A DNA stretch of 63,308 nucleotides, counting the filler, from Lenisia limosa (taxonomy: Eukaryota > Protista > Breviatea), in the NCBI GenBank assembly GCA_001655205.1. It is 13 parts of 13 records of this genome, joined end to end, with 100 filler letters (N's around TTAATTAATTAA, not from the genome) between each part and the next. Parts side by side here need not be neighbours in the genome. Positions count along the whole stretch, not along the records: positions 1 to 9,639 come from LPNZ01009967.1; positions 9,740 to 16,257 come from LPNZ01009153.1; 11 more parts are not named here. One strand, given 5' to 3'. Below are positions 1 to 12,700 of this stretch, in pieces (within the stretch, counting starts at the first letter, position 1; each line of letters begins with the position of its first letter). The notes beneath the pieces were generated by a model that saw only the letters and a program-made list of their open reading frames with translations, ran no database searches and was not told the origin of the DNA. The translations under genes were made by a program, and so were the position numbers.

Positions 1-3000
1 GCCGCTTCACGCTGTGCCTGACGCTCTTTCACTCTGCGGATGGCCTACATTGTAATTAACTAAACAGCCGTTTTAGGGCAATAACCACGAAGCATCATAC
101 CAATCTGTCCAAGTATTGATCTTTTTAGTAGTTGGTCAGAAGTGTATGTTGTACGCCACACTACATTATATCCTACCTCAGCTCTGTCCGATTGTGGGTT
201 GTCTTTTCGCTCTTGGAAGACCTTTTGAGGCACTGGAAGATTGGACTTGTCTAAAATGTTAATGGATATCTCCAGATGACCAAGCCCACCAATAGCAAGC
301 ATTTTTGCGACGAATGCAACCACGGGGCTGTTTTTGGCTCTACAATGCTCCGTTGCCTCCTTCACCGATGCCAAGGCGGCTTGGTTGATTGGCTCGGAAT
401 CCAGGTCGGAAGTGGCTGCTGTTCCGCCAACTGCCGCTTCCGATGACGTGGCCTCCCAATTGAAGAGCTGCAGGATGAGTGAAATGGAAATAATAAAACA
501 ATAAGCCAATCTCTACTGGTACAAATGATAAGAGCATTGTACAATGAGTTGATATTAGTAGTAAAGTGATTCTGTACATGATAATAATAGTGAGTTTTTC
601 TTAGATAATATACCATATGATATCATATATATACTACTATATGTAATACCCCCCACAGTTTCACAGCGTTTGGCCTGGGCCTGGCGGGGGGAGGGGCCTA
701 AATCGTAAGCCTTTACTGTTGAATATTTCTCGAAAATTGTCGTATCTTCTTGACGTAAAAAGTACATACAATGCTAACCGCGAACAGTGACTTTCCCACT
801 ACTCTAGTCAAGCCCCTCACCATTAACAATAACCATGGTCATGACTGGTTGTGACAGGGGGAGCCATTGCGAGAAGAATGCCTCAACCCTGGTCTTCCAA
901 TCCTAAATTGGTCATACTTATTAGGGCTCGGTGCAATTAAAAATAAATAAATGCGACACATTGTAATGTAAACTCAAATTGAGACACTGTATTTTCAAAT
1001 TATTATGTCAATTAATTTCTTCAAAAATTAATTGCACGGATCCGCAAAATATCTGAAACGGTGGTCAGACAAAGAATATACGTTATGTATTATAGTATAT
1101 ACTATAAGACATCATAAAAAGTATATCAATAATAATAGACCAATAAAACCTCCAAGCCCCACTTTATTACTGAGCTCAGCATCAGGAATATGGATGTTCA
1201 GTTTGTCGGCGAGTTTCTTAGTTGCCTCCTTGTTTCTGAAATACTATAAGCACTTCTTTGTTTGACGACAATTATGGGTTTTATCTGGCCGAAGCCGTCA
1301 ACATAATGGTCAAGATGTGAATCTATTTGATACTGAAAGTAATAATCCCCTCAATACGTTTGCATGCAGGTGTGATAGGCGTGGAAGAGAGGTTCGAAGA
1401 TAAACTGAACAGCCATCGGCTTTAGCTTCCCGGTTTTGTTGGTGTTAGTTACCTTCTTTGTCTGCCAGGGTTAATGCGTCTCGTTATCGAAGAGGGTTAC
1501 GATAAATATTGGCTGAATATTTCAGTAATCAAGAAATCACATTTCGCAAGCTCTGACCGGACATACCTTGGGGTTGAAGTAGTAGTTACCCCAGAGGAAC
1601 TGGAGAAGGGCCTTTCGTGAGAAGCCCAACTTGGCTGAAATGATGGAAGCAAAATTGTCGAGACTGGCAGGTTAGTTTCCCTATGGCCTCGCATAATACA
1701 GTAATACCACTACGGCGCATCGACTTGGTATTGTGAAGACGCTGGAATTCCCGTATTTTACATGGAAATCCCATGAAATTTTATGGTGATTCGAAGAAAT
1801 TTATGGGATTCCAATGAAGGGAATCCCAAGTCGATACGCCGTAGTGATAGGAGAATCAGCCACCCACTCAAAGCCCCAGCCGTCCACGCCCGATGTGAAG
1901 ACAACATTCATTCGAGACGGAGAGAAGTAGATCTGCTCCTCCTAAAACATGTCAACTTCTCTGGTGCCCGCTATGTTACTAGTCCAATAGTGAGCAATAC
2001 ATATCACTTCGTTGGAGCGTACTTTGAGCTTCACTTCGGTTCGAAAAAAACTGGTAAAATATCGATAGTTTTCGACGATTAATCGAGAAATTTAGTCTTT
2101 TTTCGAACCAAAGAGAAGCCCAAGCGTACTTCCTCATCAAGGTTGCCGTCAATGGCCCCAAGGCCCTCGTTCTCTGCTTCCATCATGGCCGCACGGTGGA
2201 ACAATGCTCCTTGAATTGCGTTCACCTAGAGGGGGGGGGGGGGNNNNNNNNNNNNNNNNNNNNNNNNNNNNNNNNNNNNNNNNNNNNNNNNNNNNNNNNN
2301 NNNNNNNNNNCTTAATCCATATGCACTAGTGATACAGTTTAGCATCTATTTGCCACACCTGTTCAATGACATTTTTACAGTGTGCGTATGCCTCTTCAGC
2401 TGTAAAGTCTAAGTCACTAATGAGCCTGTCCATTTTGTTGATAACCTAGATTGTGAAAACATGTGCTCAGATGAAGGAAAATAATGGAGAAAGAAAATAA
2501 ATATGAGAAAGGCAAATAGGACTGAAAGAAAAATAGTTACACGAAAGAGAAGAATACTTGAACAGTTTAATAATAATCCACTAATTAGTACACCCACCAA
2601 TAAAGGAGTGACGTTCTCGTCCCAGGCCTGTTTGAGAACGGCATGGGTCTGTGAGCACACGCCCTCCACAACATCCACCAACACCAAAGCCACGTCACAA
2701 CAGCGGACGGCAGTCGAGACCTGCGCAAGGGGGTAACACGACTGACCCTAAAAAAAACAAAAAAGATCCAAAAATACAAAAACAAAAGAGAAGGGGGATA
2801 AAAGGCTAATACAATTGCCAGACAGTAGGTTATTTTCGTATGTATCATGAATAATATCTAGGGCTTAACTTCGGTTCGAAAAAGACTGAATTTCTTGATA
2901 TATCCTCGAAACTATTGATATTTTACCAAAAATTTTCAAACCGAAGTGAAGCCCTTATACACACAACACGCCAATCGATCCACACACCTCACTGGAGAAG

Positions 3001-4488
3001 TCCACATGTCCTGGAGAATCGACCAAATTGATGAGGTAGGGGGTCGTACCTTTTGGGTCTGACAAATAAGAATGTAGAATATTATGATATGTATCTGACA
3101 ATAAAATTAATTTTTGTTGTACCATACATATTTTGACAAAATCTTTAGCAATATCAAGTAATATTAAAAAAAAAGAAAAAAAAAAAGGGGCCGATGTTCA
3201 CGGTCAGGTGACGTATCTTATCCACTTTCAATAGTTATTTGTTTATCTGATTAGATAAAACCAAACCAATTAGACAATTTCCAAATAGATAGTACACAAA
3301 AAAGAGTAATTTCGTATTTACTTTTAATGACGACATGTTGAATGTAAGTGGCCTCAATGCTTATTTGATACACTGTGATATCTCAGTCTTTTTATTGTTA
3401 CCCTGGTGGTTCTATTCATATACATTTGCATAGTCTTTAAGTAAAAGATGGAAGCACAAAAACTGACCTTTTTCCCTTGCTAAAGCCTGAAAAGACTTCG
3501 GGTCCTCAACAACACCTGAAAACATTAGTCTGTGTATCCAGCAATATAACTCTTTTGCAGTGTTTATTTGATATCTTCATAGATGTAGTCTAAGAAGATG
3601 TAATGACCTGAATACGCAGCAAATAAGACAATTAAGGCTTCTTTAAATGGAATCTCATTACGTGCGCCGCACTATTATTCCCCTTTATCCTTCAAGAAAT
3701 GAAAACAAGAGAAGATCAAAGAGCTTATTATATTTGAATTGTTGGGGAAGCCCTTCACCAATGCAATTGGGCTGAATCGCTATTCTATTTTATATTATTT
3801 GTACGAACCTGGGGGGAGCATAGCATCGTTTGGGTGGCTGTGGATGAGGGCAATTGCACTAGAGCGTCAAATGACAACGATAAAAAAGGCTGGATCATAA
3901 CCAGTTTGGAATAATACTACACAAATACTCAATCCATACCTTGACTTCATTGTAATGAATCGGTCTTGCTCATCTTCCCTACTGTCTGGCAATTGTTATT
4001 TTTGCAGAAAAGTCTCTATTGAAGCTAGGATCATAGAGATCCAGCGGTTAACTTCACAAAGAAACATCCACAGAAAACGTTAGAAGCGACGAAAACGCCA
4101 TCTTTTCCATCTTTCAAGTTTATTTTACCCTTACCCAAGAAGCGCATTTTCCCGGCCAATTTCTCAGATAAAATTGCGTTTGTGGAGAGGAGGTGATCAC
4201 TGAGCGTGGTTTTACCTAGGTATTTAACACATATTACGATGAATAATGATGAGGAAGATTACCTCACGCGGCAGCGTCATATAAAGAGGTACTCTGGCAA
4301 CGTTTGTTGAAGCTGTGAATCAAAGCAACTTCACGCAATATTCCCAGGATTATAGATGAAAAAACGAAGAAAACCTCTCTTCTCTAAAGCCCCATACCAT
4401 GGTCAACATGAGCAAGAATGCAAAGGTTACGAAAGAGGTCAGGGTGTGTAGCCACTTCATTAATCAGCTCCGGTGTAATGTGCCCCAT
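1..4488 (-). CDS. EFL1: Elongation factor-like GTPase 1 (EFL1/Ria1), 5' part, about 17 introns visible, continues beyond window start
   Basis: Hand-spliced exons read [31 protein letters not shown]|[26 protein letters not shown]|[16 protein letters not shown]...[17 protein letters not shown]|[25 protein letters not shown]...INKMDRL...[19 protein letters not shown]...FSQWLPLS. The N-terminus matches EFL1 rather than eEF2. Confidence 0.9.
922..1043. mobile_element. MITE family A' (TIR AGGGCTYCGTGCAATTAATT), intronic
   Basis: Inverted ends agggctcggtgcaattaa / aattaattgcacggatc; related copies at 5485, 10984, 51379. Confidence 0.6.
2026..2121. mobile_element. MITE family A (about 95-bp palindromic, TIR GGGCTTCACTTCGGTTCGAAAA), in EFL1 intron
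   Basis: gagcttcacttcggttcgaaaa...tttcgaaccaaagagaagccc. Confidence 0.7.
2860..2955. mobile_element. MITE family A
   Basis: agggcttaacttcggttcgaaaa...caaaccgaagtgaagccct. Confidence 0.75.
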
Positions 4489-4745
4489 AATTCAACGATA
4501 AATGAGTAAAGGAACGTTAAACAATATAAAGCAGGTGGGTGTTCTGATGTGCAAATGACTTGCCCAATTAAGATCGTTCTCTGATATAGCTTTCTTTTTC
4601 CGGTATGCTCGTTGCTCTGTGGTTAAAATAGACCGGAAAAGAGGCTGTTTGGGCCTCGGGCGCGAGCAAAGGGGGGGGGGATAATCAAAACCAATCAACG
4701 ACCATGCACTGGGCATAATTCCTCCGCTTGGTATATGTAAACTGA

Positions 4746-4782
4746 CCGAAAAAGTGGCGTGGAGTTTGCGCGAGGTGGCGTA
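4746..4782. promoter_or_regulatory. Conserved GC-rich motif in EFL1/MYND divergent promoter
   Basis: CCGAAAAAGTGGCGTGGAGTTTGCGCGAGGTGGCGTA, nearly identical to 15296-15329 on another scaffold; both lie in short intergenic gaps upstream of genes. Confidence 0.55.
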
Positions 4783-5224
4783 CCGAACACTTCAGAATTC
4801 TTTCCCTTTTCTTTACGCCATAATATCGCCATCCCTGCGCCATCCATATCTATCATCCTATTATTATCAACTATATTTTCTAGTTACAACTAATAGCAAA
4901 GAGAAAACGAGGAAAGGGATACGACGCCGAGGTCGAGCCACCGTTAGGGGACCAGATTGTCATACCTGAGACCAGTGCGGTGGTCGCGAAAATCTTCAAG
5001 AAAAAAAACGCGCTCGCTCCTGTCGCTCCCACTCCACCCTTCGCACCGTTCTTTCCCTTCCTAACGCCATATCAACTATGTTCTAGTTTTACAACTATAG
5101 CGAAGAGAAAACGAGAGCTTGTGAACTTCGACTGACCCTTTCACCTTCTTCTGGTTGAATCCGCCTTAACTTGAATTGAGAGAAGGGAGTCAAAAAAAAC
5201 TGCAGTAGAGGGACAGAAGACATT

Positions 5225-8200
5225 ATGCCAAGGAAGGCGGGGCGGGCCCGACCCAACCCAGCAAAAGCAAAATCATCTTCTGGGCAGAATGAGTATCCGG
5301 AGTATGAACGTTTCAAGGCAGCTTCGAGTGGGACTTTCAGTCGAGCGTCTCGATGCTATGTTCTGAACATCAAGGACTTCATGAAAGTTGCCAGCTTTCA
5401 ACGGCTTGGCTCTCTAAATGAAGCAAATGATCCGATCAAGGTCCTGATTGATGAAGGTATGTTTACTTAGATATCATTATTACCAGGGCTCCGTGCAATT
5501 AATTAGAAATTAATTGACAAAATTTGAAATTAAAGTGTCTGAAAAGGGGTTCTGGTTACAATATGTCCTAACTATTACCTTGTTGTTGAGAAAGCATGTT
5601 GCCATTGACCGTGAAGGAGAGCCCCTGGAGCTGATCGCAGACCGAGCTGTTGGTCTATCCGCCATATTTCTGAGCGCTAATTCCAAAGAATCGGACCTAC
5701 GTNNNNNNNNNNNNNNNNNNNNNNNNNNNNNNNNNNNNNNNNNNNNNNNNNNNNNNNNNNNNNNNNNNNNNNNNNNNNNNNGAAACATCATCATATTCGT
5801 TATCTAGATTATACTTGATAGATACTGCTAAATCTCCAGAAGGATAGACCTCATCTTGTACACTGTATTAGATCAACTGGCATGTCGTATAGTACTTGAC
5901 TCTATAGTTTGGGAAATGCGCTCCTTCAACTTCTTCAAATCTGTTATTTCAGTAAGCACAAGAGGGAGGTGCTTTAATATGACTGGGTAGAAACAATAAT
6001 ACTCCATCATATTGTAGCAATTAACACCTATTTATTCTCTAGAATATCGAGGTGATGGAAATCCTCAACGGCGAATCACTTCACACTTTTCTTAATGCGT
6101 ATTGCAGAGTTCAAAAAAAGATCTTACAACTTGGTTTTTCTGCTGTTCTCTAACTTAGCCGAAGAAAGCTGCGACCATGAGTATGTATACGAAGGGCAAC
6201 AGGCAGTTTTTATGGAGCTTTTTGAACGATTAAAGCGGTATTGGCGTACTGGCCAAGTCGTCTATTACATGTTAGTATTACAAACCCATCTATCGTGGTT
6301 TTGTCATGCCCTGAAAATCGGTCCTCTACATAGTTTGTTTCTTTTTTTCACCTCAGAAATGTCGAAAATGCCCCTTTTCCAAATGGTGTCAATTGCCTTA
6401 GATTCGAGATGCCCCGAGGTCGAACATCCCAAAGACCTTCCAAGTGCCGAAAGCTGCTTCTCAAAATTATTTTATTACAGCTTGGATCTTCCAGAGAAAG
6501 CTGATGGTTGGACCAAACGAACTAATATTTTGTCTGTACCGTCAGAATGTCGTCACTGTCACGTTATGATGTCTCAGATGCGTTGAAGGAAGTTATCGAG
6601 TTTCATAAGACACTTGTGATTTTTGACAAACTGCAGATTCCCAATATTGTGAGCGAGAGGAAGTGCTTTTCATTTCCTCAGCTGGTTGCTTGGTGGAAGG
6701 GAATTCCTTATCTTGTCCTAACTTACCTAGGGGATGATTTTCAACGGGCTCGAAGGCTGCTTTGCTATGATCGAAGAGTCGAACGGGAATTTGGAGAAGA
6801 TACGCAACATGGGGCAGGACTTTGTCAATACTGGGTTCAAGATCCTTTCACAGCCCCAAAAATGTGGGCTTTATTTGATTAGTTATTGGTTTGGAGTATA
6901 GTGGATGTGTTTTTTGAAAAATTATTTTTGAACATATTGATAGTAGCATATGTTATATATTACATATATGATATTGTATTAAACATAATATGATATACAT
7001 ATGATATCTATTTATCATATTAATGATGATACTATTTATATTCAATAGTATACAGTACATAATATCATATGCATCTCGATATAGTATGGTATTATAGCTC
7101 ATTAATATATAGTATTCTATCATATAAGATGTACCTTTTTATCAATATGATGAATATTATAATGAAGGTGTTTATCGTTATTGTTTAAAATCTGGGGGGG
7201 GGGGGTTGAATTTTAATTATTACTTTTTAACCACTCCTTACTAATATAGACAAATTGGATCTTAACGACTTTGGGGCGATTGCTGTTGTTCTGAATTGTC
7301 TCACGAAGTACACATCGGAGACAGGTTTTTAGGAGTAACCTTGCATTTTGATATTGACACCAAGTGGTCATATTTGTTTTTCAGTTTTGCTTGAGTTGCA
7401 CAATGATTGCTGTTTCACTGTTTAGTCCTCTTTGCCATCGACGCACTATGTATGGGACTTGACCTTTTTGATCAGTTCAATGCCGGGTGTGAATGTGACT
7501 CTGAGACTGAATCAAACGAAAAGTTCTACGTAGCTTTGATAAACCTGCTTCAAGAGTCGATAATTGAGCTGTGTTTCTCCGATGGTAAGGTTTGATTTCT
7601 TTGTAAATGTGCAAAATGAGACAATCAAAGAATGATACAGTATTAGTGTAAGTTGACACCATGCTGTGCTCTACATTTCTGTAATACAGCTCTTAGACAC
7701 CATGTTGCGCTTTACGTTTCTGTTATACAGCTCTTACCCTGTTAGTCGCAGATATCCGAATAGGAGTGTTGAAGAACTTCCTTTCAGTGAACAGGGCGAC
7801 CGCTTCTGTGAAAACTGCTTTGATTGCCACTATTTGTCTTGGTTTACTTTTTTCTTAACAAGATTTTCGAAGGCTCCAGGGCGTTTTCGATATAGAGAGC
7901 ATTGCTAAGATACTTCTTGAAAACATGTGTGGAGACACTCTAAAGCAACTTGTTAAATTTATCAACAGTTTGCCATTGCTTTGTAACCTGGCAACGCCGA
8001 GCATTTGGTGAAGGAGGAGCTGGTTCTGACGATTCTGCAGTCTCTGCCAAGAGTCACGTCAAAATTACTTCAGAGGGACTTCAATGACACTGTTAATCGC
8101 CTCAGAAGATCGGTTCAAAAACGAACATGCTACTTCTGTGACAAACCCAAAAGCGCTGAAGTGAAAATGAAAAAGTGCTCTCTTTGTTCTAATGCCTGGT

Positions 8201-8336
8201 AGGCTGACCTTCCGTTGTTTTCTTCATTTTGGCCACTCGATCAAGAAAACAGTCCTGTTGACATTTCAGGTACTGTTCAAGGGTGTGCCAGAAAAAAGAT
8301 TGGGTAACTCATAAAGTGGAGTGCAAGAAGGGCTAG
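5225..8336 (+). CDS. Multi-exon protein with C-terminal MYND zinc finger
   Basis: Last exons splice to CYFCDKPKSAEVKMKKCSLCSNAW|YCSRVCQKKDWVTHKVECKKG*, a canonical zf-MYND. First exon starts MPRKAGRARPNP and ends at a gtatgt donor. Internal exons not fully resolved. Confidence 0.75.
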
Positions 8337-8589
8337 TTCCAAATTTGCTATGGTTATGGTATTGTATTGCTGATGTCATTTTTAATTTTCTTGAACTCAG
8401 AATTTGTGAAACTCAGGAAAGAGAATTTTGTCAATAGTAGTATCATCCCCCCCCCCCCCNNNNNNNNNNNNNNNNNNNNNNNNNNNNNNNNNNNNNNNNN
8501 NNNNNNNNNNNNNNNNNNNNNNNGAATATAAAACTTAAAATATTGTAACCCTCAATTCAGGGTTTCCCACATTTTGACCAAACAGTCCG

Positions 8590-9639
8590 AACCTGCAGAG
8601 AACGCAACAGGTTTCGCACTGGGTTGTTAGGACTTCAGATATCGCTGTATCATATCGCATATAGCTATCATGTATTTCGATCTATTCCGCGTATGAACCA
8701 CTTCCAATCAAATACCGACACTATCACAATAAAACCCATTTATGTCGTGTTTCAACCTCCCTCACCCTAATGGAGTGGCCAGAGCAAGGATTTGACTAGA
8801 GAAAGGGATTTTGAGGGCCTGTATAGACTCCATCATGTCCCAGAGATACATATCACCCCCTTGGATGTCTGTGGTGTTAGAGCAGAAAGTGTTGAAACGG
8901 GTGAGTCAGATAAAGTGAATGCTGATCCCCAAATATCACATTATGTTCCACAACCCCTCCCCTCCTCACTGAATAGAATGGTGTTGGGGAGAGTGGGGTG
9001 GAAGGACAGCGATCGCACCATCAATGAGCCAGGAATTGAAAGGTTCTGAGTGGGGGAGTAAAATACTGTTTTTGAATAAATAAACAAAAGAGAGAAAAAA
9101 AGTTGACTATTATACAGAAACCATAAAAAATAATACTATGTACTATATGTCATATGAAACACCCACAAAGCCCCACATACACTGACAAGTCTGCCGGTAG
9201 TAGGGTCCCAGACTCTCACGCCGTCTCCTCCCGCACTCGCAAGATACTGGGCTAAAAAGTGAAAAGGTCCCTGAGGCCATGACTGCTTATTGATATTATA
9301 GGATATTTGTTATGGAGGTTTTGTGTTGGAATGTATTTTCTTGCTTCCAAAAACAGCAAAAGGAAGGCACCCTCATCCTCACCGTTGGAACTCCATGTGA
9401 TAGCAGTGATGGGCGAAGAGTGGCCCTCAAGCACGACGTTCCTCTCAAGATTGTCGCCCAAAAACACGGTCACTGTTACAGGGCTTGCCACAGCCACCTA
9501 CACTGGTCACTATTTGCAGTACAGTTTCAATTCTGAATTTAGGCTATAAGACCCAAACGGAATCTGGCCAATTGCGGGTAATAAACAGATCAGAATGCTA
9601 CATGTATTGGGTCGTATCATTTGGCAATGTATAGCTGTC
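8590..9639 (-). CDS. WD40-repeat protein fragment
   Basis: Exons LEGHSSPITAITWS, QYLASAGGDGVRVWDPTTGRL, SLMVRSLSFHPTLPNTILFS and GGDMYLWD bounded by AG/GT; boundaries approximate. Confidence 0.6.
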
Positions 9640-9739
9640 NNNNNNNNNNNNNNNNNNNNNNNNNNNNNNNNNNNNNNNNNNNNTTAATTAATTAANNNNN
9701 NNNNNNNNNNNNNNNNNNNNNNNNNNNNNNNNNNNNNNN
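9640..9739. other. Artificial scaffold linker (44 N + TTAATTAATTAA + 44 N); same linker at 16258, 19801, 22783, 32550, 34720, 36396, 40828, 45056, 47463, 58067, 59381
   Basis: Identical 100-bp structure 12 times; the insert is a PacI-site palindrome with stops in all frames; genes are cut at each linker. Confidence 0.97.
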
Positions 9740-12700
9740 ACCAATGTGACGCCATAATATCCTCAGTGCGTGATCGGAAATTGAAACGACTCTGTCTCAA
9801 CTCCTCTTCCAGTTCAACCTGCGGGGTATTATAATGGGTTGATTGACGACTGATGGGGTGAGGGATCGACCACTGACCACAATAGGTCCTGACACGGATT
9901 TTGAGCTTTATCTTGCCAAGAATCATCGCAGTCACTATATATACTGTATAGTATATATTATATACAATGTTAATCCCAAGATGAGAGTATAAACGTATAG
10001 ATTTAGATCCAAAATTAGATATTATAAATTTTGTACTTATGTATACATACATATATGTATATCTATTATATACTATATATAATAATGTCCTAAGATCGAA
10101 TTAAAAGTAATATTTTATCTCTCGTGACAAATTTTTACGGATTCACTTTCGGTATCAAAAAAGACTGAATCCTCAATAAGGCCACAAAAAAATATCGATA
10201 TTGTACCCGACTTTTGGAACGAACATGAAGCTCAAACAAATTCCTCAAAAATTCAAACCTTGGCTTTGGTATGAAGGACTTCTTTCTGGATTGGTCAGAG
10301 AAATGCTGGAAAAATGTGGGGCGAGGGGAGTAAAAATGAAAATTTATGAAACAAAAAAGCACAATATCAAGTCATAAACAACCCACATAAAAGCCACTCA
10401 AACCTCCAAGGCCGCCACCTGAGAATCGGTAATTTGCTGCCGTAGTTTGGCTATGATGGCCTCCAAAACGAGCACTTTCTCATTTTCGGTCGGGGTTACG
10501 ACTGGGTAGTTTAGCACTCCAAGTCAATTATTAGAGCAGGGTTTCGGGATGTTGTCTCGGATAGCATATTAATTATCGAAGAATAGGCCTTACTTGGAAT
10601 AATGTACATATCATATTATTCCATTTTGTTTCTATAATGACTTAAGTCTTTTGAGAAAGGGAGTAAGAGTTTTGGCGTTATTCACGTTCAATACGATTCA
10701 CTGAAACCCTGCATTAATTGACGAAATAATTGACAGGGATGCATTACCCCCCCTTCACTTCGGTCCGAAAAAGGACTGGATTTATATCCTCGAGAACTAT
10801 CGATATTTCACCGGTCTTATCGGACCGGAGCGAAGCCCTCACCGATGTAATGATGAAGTTGAAATGAATACCGGAATTTGGACTTTATCCCAAATTATAA
10901 GTAAGACATAAAAAATTATTTTAAAGAAATAATGGAACCAAACAATTTTGAGTTCACGGTATCCCCATGTGTTTATTTTGATCAGGCCTCTGTGCAATTA
11001 ATTAGAAAATAAAATTCCAAAATTTGAAGTGAGACCTATTGTCATGGGAACTCCATTTCAGACACTTTAATTTCAAATTTCGTTAATAATTTCTTCATAA
11101 AATTAATTACACGAAGCCCACTTTTATCCCCTCCTATTTTCAAAGAGATTACCCCCCCCCCCNNNNNNNNNNNNNNNNNNNNNNNNNNNNNNNNNNNNNN
11201 NNNNNNNNNNNNNNNNNNNNNNNNNNNNCTTTTGTACTCGATAAAGACGACTACAATGTAAACCATAAGTAATGTAAGGGTAATCAAACAAAAAGATTTG
11301 CAAAAACACCAAAAAAGATCGATATTTATCGAGAATTTATCGGGAGATCCGGTCTTTTTTGGAAGCCTTACATATGACTTATCATACATTGACCGATCAG
11401 TCCTGATATGATTGACGAAAGAAAACATTGAAATATATACCTAACCATCTGACTAGGCCTTCACTCAATACGAATGAGATCGATAAACTATCAAAAATAT
11501 CGATGATTTATCAAGATATTCAGTCACCATTCGCCCTTCCTCACACCCATGGATTATCCCCCCCTTCTCCATATATGTTTATGTTTATCATTCTATACAA
11601 TACTATGATAAATCTTTTTGAATGATTACCCTTACAATACTGTATACTATCATATCATAGTATTGTATACTATCATGTTTATCATATTAGTACACCCTGA
11701 CTGCGAAAAGTGTTTCCCTAGATTTCTAATGTAAATATCATATATTACTTCTCTTGATGTCGCTGTATCCATCCTCACCTTGAAACTGGATGTCAGCTCT
11801 GAAAAAGTGAGAAGACTGATAATTAGGTAGAACCAGACCGTACATAAAATAATACATATCGATATATTATGTAATAGTATAGATATACAATAATGTAGCA
11901 ATGATAAATAAATAATAAGGTTGTATCTGGCCAAGTCCACACCATCACGCTTATTAGAGATATTGGATTATAATATAATATTAATTCACCCAATCATTTG
12001 CCTTATAACTCTGTGCACACAATTTGAGATAAAACATAATATAGTTTACATTCCTACCTGGGGACCGTTCGTGTGAAATGGCTTGTCCCTAGACATTAAA
12101 AGAGGACATTAATAAGTAAAGAACACATTTGACATGTGAAAACTGTTTTTTTACGTTGTCGTTTTGCATTCTTAAAGCAGTGTGGAAATTCAGAAAATTG
12201 TCACGGATGCTGTTAGAAAATTATTCTAAGACGCCTTCTTTGAAACGCATTACTTTTTTTGTTAAAAACTACCCCGTCACTTCAGTTTGAAAATATATTA
12301 TTTCACAAACCTGTGTAGCAGTATAAAGTCTGATAAATTTGCCTTTACCCCAAAACTTGTCAACTTGCGAAAGGACTTGAATCGTATTATCAGTACATAC
12401 AAATCATAATTAGGGAGGGCTTCCCTACAGTCCCAAAAAAGACTGAATCTCTCGATAAATCCTCGATAAATATCGAAATTTAAACGGTTTTTTTCGGACC
12501 GTAGGGAATCCCTACTCATAACACCCACTCCCCACTAATTCAGGATGGGCATGGTCGACAACTGACACAGCTCCAGTGGAGTTCAGTGACCTGGGGGAAA
12601 GGGGGGGGGGGGNNNNNNNNNNNNNNNNNNNNNNNNNNNNNNNNNNNNNNNNNNNNNNNNNNNNNNNNNNNNNNNNNNNNNNNNNNNNNNNNNNNNNNNN

